The notes under the pieces are model-generated. The model was not told the DNA's origin. It worked only from the letters and a program-made list of their open reading frames with translations, and made no database searches. DNA of 25,697 bases from Saprolegnia diclina VS20 (Eukaryota): the NCBI RefSeq assembly GCF_000281045.1, contig NW_008246112.1, positions 387,436 to 413,132 of the forward strand, given 5' to 3'. Position 1 is the first letter of the stretch. The number at the start of each line of letters is the position of its first letter. The position numbers were made by a program, and so were the translations under genes. Of this stretch, positions 20,435-25,697 are shown in pieces.

Positions 20435-21172
20435 ATGCTGCGCGGGTCCGACTCGGTCGTGCTCCTCGAGCCGCCGGCCGCCGCGTCGTCGCGCGTCATC
20501 GTCGTCAACGCCAAGGAGCTCGGCGGCGACTACGTCAAGAAGGGCGTCGCGTACACGTCGACCAACCGCGATATCCTGTGCTGCAAGTTTTGCCACATCG
20601 TCGCCGCCTGCAGCGACGAAGTGCTCTACGACGAAGAGCACATTTCGGTCTTTCGACCGCTCCACCCGGCGAGCGCGTCGCACATTCTCGTGGTGCCCAA
20701 GCACCACTTGCGCAACATCAACCACTTGACGTCCGCGCACTTGGCGCTCCTCGCGCGTATGAAGGACGTGGCGAGACACGTCTTGGCGCAGCTCGGCTAC
20801 TACCGCGGCCGCGACGCCGACTTGCACCTCGCATTCCACAGCCCACCGTTCAACTCGATCGACCACGTGCACATGCATGCGATGGTCAAGACGCGCAAAA
20901 CCGCGCTCGGCTGCGTGAAATATAAGACCGGCACGTGGTGGTGCCGCAGCTACAGCTACGTCGTCAACCGCCTTCAGTCGAAGAGGGCTGCGTCGACGAC
21001 TTCGAGCACCAACGCGACGGCGACGGCCAGCGCTAGCAGGCCCCGCGCCCGGTCGTTTCACGGCAGCACCGAATTGACCAACCACCTGCAACTCTGCGAC
21101 TCCAGCCATCGGAAGTTTGGAACCTACCCGTCGCTTGATACTCAACGACTCGACCCGATCGAGTCCATCTAA
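20435..21172 (+). CDS. HINT3: HIT-family nucleotide hydrolase, HINT3-like, intronless, ~245 aa (upstream in-frame ATGs at 20168 and 20216 are alternatives)
   Basis: CKFCHI, SVFRPLHPASASHILVVPKHH, and AFHSPPFNSIDHVHMHAM (histidine triad with the PPFxS motif typical of the HINT3 branch). The start at 20435 is preferred because codon usage becomes gene-like there and CCAATCA lies at 20344-20350. Confidence 0.85.
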   Translation: MLRGSDSVVLLEPPAAASSRVIVVNAKELGGDYVKKGVAYTSTNRDILCCKFCHIVAACSDEVLYDEEHISVFRPLHPASASHILVVPKHHLRNINHLTSAHLALLARMKDVARHVLAQLGYYRGRDADLHLAFHSPPFNSIDHVHMHAMVKTRKTALGCVKYKTGTWWCRSYSYVVNRLQSKRAASTTSSTNATATASASRPRARSFHGSTELTNHLQLCDSSHRKFGTYPSLDTQRLDPIESI

Positions 21173-22186
21173 GTTATACCCACCCGATAGTCGATAGGAT
21201 ATTTTAATTCGGCGCGAATGCGACCCCAGTTTTTCTCCGCTTCACCGCTCCACTGCACTGACGCCAGGGGTACCGCACGGCCCATCATCGTTCGAGGATC
21301 AACGTGCCCAGATGGACAACAAGCAAGCAGAAAGCGAAGGCACCTCAAGTGGGTGGTAAGCAGTCGCCAACTGGTTGCCAACTGAATTTCAAGCGCGTTC
21401 GTTGAAGGCAGAGTGATGATCGGACCAGATCCAAGATCGCCGCCAGAGAACGACGCCAGCGCTTCGAACAACGGCAACGCGGCGAGAATGAACCGAAGGA
21501 GACGACCAGTTTTTACTGGAGAGATGGGTCGTCTTGTGCATTGTATCATCGACGCCAATTCTACGGGTATTGCTACATCGGGAGTCTCAGCGTGCTAAAG
21601 AACCTGGACCGATCCGACGCCGTCGGCGACGTTGACATGGCGTTTTCGTTTGACGATGGAGTATCTATTGCTCGGCGGCGCCACCCAACGAGTGATGGTA
21701 TTTAGACTCAAACTTGATGCGGCGCGAGGCGGGGCGGTGGTACGGGATCGCTTCCTATCATGCGTGTGTATGTGGGCAGCGCAGTTTCAAGCCAGCGTGT
21801 TCATGAACACTGCAATGATGAGCTGATTCCAAGAGCTTCCGCGTCTCCACCTGGCCCCACTTGGTGCTGCGACTTGATCGAGCCGCCTCCATGACGTGGC
21901 GTGCATCGTATGGTAGCGTCAAAAGAGCGGGGACGTCAATTGTACAAAGCTGGATCACTTTGCAGCACAGACACGACAGCCTTCTGTACGTCGTGTCCTT
22001 GTCGGCGCTGCTGACGGCCGTCGCACCAGCGTGCTGTGAAGGCACATGGCATTTCAGCTTTCGGCATCGAACTACGGGTAGTCCATTCGAGAACCAAGCC
22101 GTTCGACTCGCTCCACTGCCTCCGTCTTCTTGGTACAGGGCAGATTCCAAAGCTGATCGAAATGTGCAATGACGGTCATCGTCGCA

Positions 22187-22240
22187 GGTCGCCAAGTGCT
22201 GTGGTGTGGAGTTGGTCGCCAAGTGCTGTGGTGTGGAGTT
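22187..22240. repeat. Perfect 27-bp tandem duplication (GGTCGCCAAGTGCTGTGGTGTGGAGTT x2)
   Basis: Identical copies at 22187-22213 and 22214-22240. Confidence 0.95.
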
Positions 22241-22903
22241 TGCAGCGAGTACTGTTTCGTCCGTGTCACTGTTCTTAAATCGAGGCGACCATGCTCGCTA
22301 CCGGGTTACCTTGGACGTCAAGTCGTCAAGTCGACGCGGGCGATCATCATGGGCCAGAGACTCTCAGACTGCCATGGGACGGCAGTAGCCAGCGCGACAC
22401 AACCATCACAGCGTTTCAATCTTATTGTTGGTCGAGCCGCCGTACGTGACTAGAAACACTCAACCCGCCTTGCAGTCGGTTTGGACGTGCATGGAAACGC
22501 TGCCTCGAACGTCAAGTCTAAACCCACACCGACCAGCGTCCCTGCGTCCGTCTTGACGCGTGCGGCGTTGCTTCATGCTGGGTCGGCCAGTCCATCACTG
22601 AGGACCTCAATGCAGTTGCTTGGTCGACCGTCGAGGTGAGACGCGTGCAGCTGCGGGAGTTGCCCCTTCTCCTTCGCCAGTGGTCCAAGAGAGTTGCGTC
22701 GAGATATCCTCGCCAGTCGATCCTGACACAAACGACTTGCATTCTTGTTTTCAATGTAGAATGTTGGTCTTTCAACCTCTACAATTGCATATTTTGCCGG
22801 AGCGTATTATATGTTGGAGAGATCGACAGGCTGGCCGTTCGAGGGCCGAAGGAACGTTGGGTGCTCGTAGCCCACTTGACAACCGACAGCCAAAGCAAGA
22901 AGC

Positions 22904-23798
22904 ATGGGCTCCGGACTACCCGCGGTCGAGCGGCTCGTCGGCGCACTCTCAACGCTGGCGGTCGGCCTCACCATCTACGTCGTACGTCGCCGCCGACATG
23001 GCACCGGCAGCTCAGGTTGATGCTAGGTGCATCGCGTCCTGCGCCCCAAGGCCATGACCATGGACGACTACTACCGGTACGCCGACGCTGCGTCGCCGCC
23101 GCTCATGCGCGCGTAGGCAAAAGTACATGGACACGAGCGATATGATCGGCCACAAGGGCAGCTGCGGCTGCGGCGCCATGACGTACGCTAGCATATTTGC
23201 CATCCGCGCTCATGCCCATGGCGCCATAGGTTCATCGTGCTTGCGCCGCGCAACATTTGCGCCTTTGACGATAGCAACACGTTTCCGTCCAAGAAGGGCC
23301 GTATTCCCGTCCTCGTACGCGCCATGTCGATGGCGCCTACGTACTGACGATGCGTGTAGATCGTGCCGATGACGCACCTCCAGATGACGAGCCAAAGCAC
23401 CGAGGACGCCAACTCGTTCGTGTCCATCTACACGCACCACGAGACGCCGACGTTCGCGTCGCAGCACGTCTTTTGCAAGCGCTGTGGCATTCACCTCTTT
23501 CACATGGAACTCAGCCGCACGGACCGAGTGGCCATCAATGTGCATTGCATTGACGACGACTACATCCAAGAACTGCGGGTTCGATGCCCTCCTACTGCGA
23601 CGCTCTGCTGACGATTTGATGCAGGTGGTGTTTGTGCCCAAGGGCGGTCGACCCATCTTTGAACGGCTATCGGTGGACGCGATCGAAGGCCACGCAACGT
23701 CATCCTCGTCCACGACCAAGGCCATTGGCCAAGGACGCAAGCAAAGCGGAGCTCAAAAGCAGATTCCTCCGCCCTCGTACGTCCCTGGCATAATCTAG
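22904..23798 (+). CDS. GFA / CENP-V-like (Mss4-like fold) protein with N-terminal hydrophobic anchor; 6 exons (22904-22981, 23027-23076, 23117-23182, 23230-23314, 23360-23578, 23625-23798), ~223 aa
   Basis: The spliced product MGSGLPAVERLVGALSTLAVGLTIYVVHRVLRPK...HKGSCGCGAMTFIV...KKGRIPVLIVP...SIYT...QHVFCKRCGIHLFH...VAINVHCID matches the GFA/CENP-V pattern (GxCxCG; HxFCxxCG; INVxCxD). Five GT..AG introns of 40-47 nt are all phase-consistent; the total is 672 nt. Confidence 0.82.
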
Positions 23799-25100
23799 CA
23801 TGTGACACACGCACGTCTTCGCCTGTAGAACGTTTGAGCGACAGCTCATGGCGTGGTCGCAGCTTCAGACCCAAGCCGACCAGCCGCCCGTGGTGCCAAT
23901 CACCCACGTACCCGCCAAGGTACTTGTACACATATCTAGCTTGCATGTACTTATTGTGGCATGTAGCAACCCGAGCCGGCCAAGCCCGAGACGCCGCGAC
24001 ACGACCCGATGACGACGCCACCGACACCGCCCCACGACTCGATCTCGCACGTAAGAAGTGCTGTCTACTGAGACGCGACGATGAATATTGGCGTCTAGAT
24101 TCCTCAGCAAGATCTGGTGCGAATGAAGCACCAGCTCCAGTACTACTTGCAGGTATCCGACGGCCTCTGCCGTAGCACGCTCATCAAAGCTGTATGACTA
24201 GCGCCACTTTCGTGACGGTGACGACGGCGCGACTGCAGTCGTATAGGAGCAACATTAGTGTAGTCTAGGACCATTATTTCCAGTTACAACGCAAAAATTA
24301 CTATTTTACAGACAGTTTGAACCATTCTCGCAACTGCTCGACTTTGCCGTTGCCGTGCACACGCCAATGAAGGCGCTTCCACGGCGTCAGAGCGACCGAC
24401 CATCCAAGCCATCGAGGCCGACAACACGACCATCCAGCGATCTAAAGCATGTCAGGATGTCAGGCTACAGAGCTCTGGATGCGTGTTGGCTCCCAGCGCG
24501 CTTTGCTCAAGGCCAGCACCGTTGCGTGGTCACTGTGTGTGACGTTGACAAGCTGAGGTATCGCTCGGCGCTGTAAAAAGCCACTTGACCGCAAGTGGAT
24601 TGGGCAAACAACTGGATCCTCAGCCGCAGGATTCGCCGATTTTTGTATGGCGTGATACACCCTCTTTTTATTGACAATTGTTAAGACGCAATATCGTCCA
24701 TGGCCCGACAGTGGTCATGCGCTGTCGAGAGCCACGCGGGCAAAAGATGCCCGAGTCGCGAACGAGGTTGTCAAGATCAACCTCGTTCGCTTGACACCTC
24801 CAGCTGCATGTCAAGCCGCCAACACGCCACGATGACCGACAACGACCAGCTGACGGAATCCGCCGGCCGGACGTCACACGCGCGTGCTTCTTCTCCCGCA
24901 TGTCATCGAGGCCATTGCAGTGTGCTCTGACAACGGCGACGACTTGGAACCTATATTCGTGCAATCGGTTAGGAGGCTGATGAGTACATTGGCGGTGTTA
25001 CCTGTTGTCTCGACTGTGTTGCTGGTGCTTCTCTCATAAAGCTTGCTGCAACAAGCAGCAGCCACTAGGATTAACCTCGGGTTTTCTTGGGGCAGCGTGT

Positions 25101-25365
25101 GATCTCGTAAAACTCGTCGATGCTGCAAATGCCCATGTCGGCCAGCACTAGCGCGCCGCCTTCATCTCCTTGGTGATCTGTTCGCGCACGACCGCAGCCG
25201 TGAGACCGACGCCACAACTGCCCTTGCCCGTCGCGTGGATGTCTCTCGGGCTCACGGTCGTAATGAGCTGGAGGAGCTTCCTCTTGGCCTCACCGGGGTC
25301 ACCCATCAGAAGTACTTTGATGTCATTTTCATGCCTTCGTTCATGTGCTTGGTAACGCCGCCAAT
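25101..25365 (-). pseudogene. MCM7: Frameshifted fragment of an MCM helicase AAA+ core (MCM7-like)
   Basis: Three segments joined by frameshifts read [13 protein letters not shown] / [54 protein letters not shown] / [21 protein letters not shown]. This covers MCM Walker A (GDPGxAKS), TGKGSSGVGLTA and Walker B (IDEFDKM), with short deletions at ~25325 and ~25163, mutated motif residues, and no continuation on either side. Confidence 0.85.
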
Positions 25366-25375
25366 CTTCATCACG

Positions 25376-25616
25376 ACAATGTCGCGACAAAAATGTTCCA
25401 ACAACATCGCGACAACGTCACAACAACGTCGCGACAACGTCACAACAACGTCGCGACAACGTCACAACAACGTCGCGACAACGTCGTAACAGTGTCGTAA
25501 CAACGTCGTAACAGTGTCGTAACAACGTCGTGACAGTGGTCGCGACAGTGGCGACAGCGGTCGCGACAGCGGTCGCGACAATAGTGTTACAACAACATCG
25601 TAACAATGTTACGACA
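25376..25616. repeat. 11-bp minisatellite (ACAACGTCGCG / ACAACGTCACA / ACAGTGTCGTA variants), about 20 units, with 22-bp higher-order alternation and some 9-12-bp variants
   Basis: Directly visible: acaacatcgcg acaacgtcaca acaacgtcgcg acaacgtcaca acaacgtcgcg acaacgtcaca acaacgtcgcg acaacgtcgta acagtgtcgta acaacgtcgta acagtgtcgta acaacgtcgtg acagtggtcgcg ... acagcggtcgcg acagcggtcgcg. Confidence 0.92.
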
Positions 25617-25697
25617 GATCATCTCCGCGGCCCATAACAAGCAACCAAGCCGAGCTGCTGCACTTGTCCCACTACGGCAACCCGCTCATGTCCTCCC

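Noticed and set aside
24581..24615. Hairpin CCACTTG-ACCG-CAAGTGG followed by CTGG as a Helitron 3' end
   Set aside because: The stem is only 7 bp, the CTRR is followed by A rather than the expected T target, and no matching 5' end was identified.
25235..25606. Small ORFs 25235-25489 (+) and 25418-25606 (-)
   Set aside because: By-products of translating the minisatellite.
25376..25616. CRISPR array or telomeric repeat
   Set aside because: Units are contiguous with no unique spacers, no cas genes are present, the context is eukaryotic, and the unit is unlike TTTAGGG/TTAGGG telomere repeats.

Overview
Gene-dense, GC-rich eukaryotic DNA with 33 short (40-63 nt) GT-AG introns placed by hand, many with GTAC donors. 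Intron style, a motile-cilium assembly gene and a short-repeat ankyrin gene suggest an oomycete, probably Saprolegniales (inference). Left to right: the 3' end of SDHD/SDH4; a mitochondrial-type MaoC (hotdog) dehydratase; a 13-kb, 21-exon minus-strand gene that splices in phase into one ~3,995-aa protein, with a 6.9-kb exon of 11-residue (hendecad) coiled-coil repeats followed by a separate ~30-aa repeat array; an ankyrin-like protein with 28-aa repeats; CFAP300; a secretory PDI/thioredoxin-like protein; a HINT3-like HIT hydrolase; and a probably membrane-anchored GFA/CENP-V-like protein lacking the catalytic zinc cysteines. The gene-poor right end holds a doubly frameshifted MCM7 fragment abutting an 11-bp minisatellite, plus other possible gene relics. 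No rRNA, tRNA, CRISPR array or recognisable transposase was seen. The giant hendecad protein is the best candidate for something undescribed, but I ran no database searches and cannot establish novelty.
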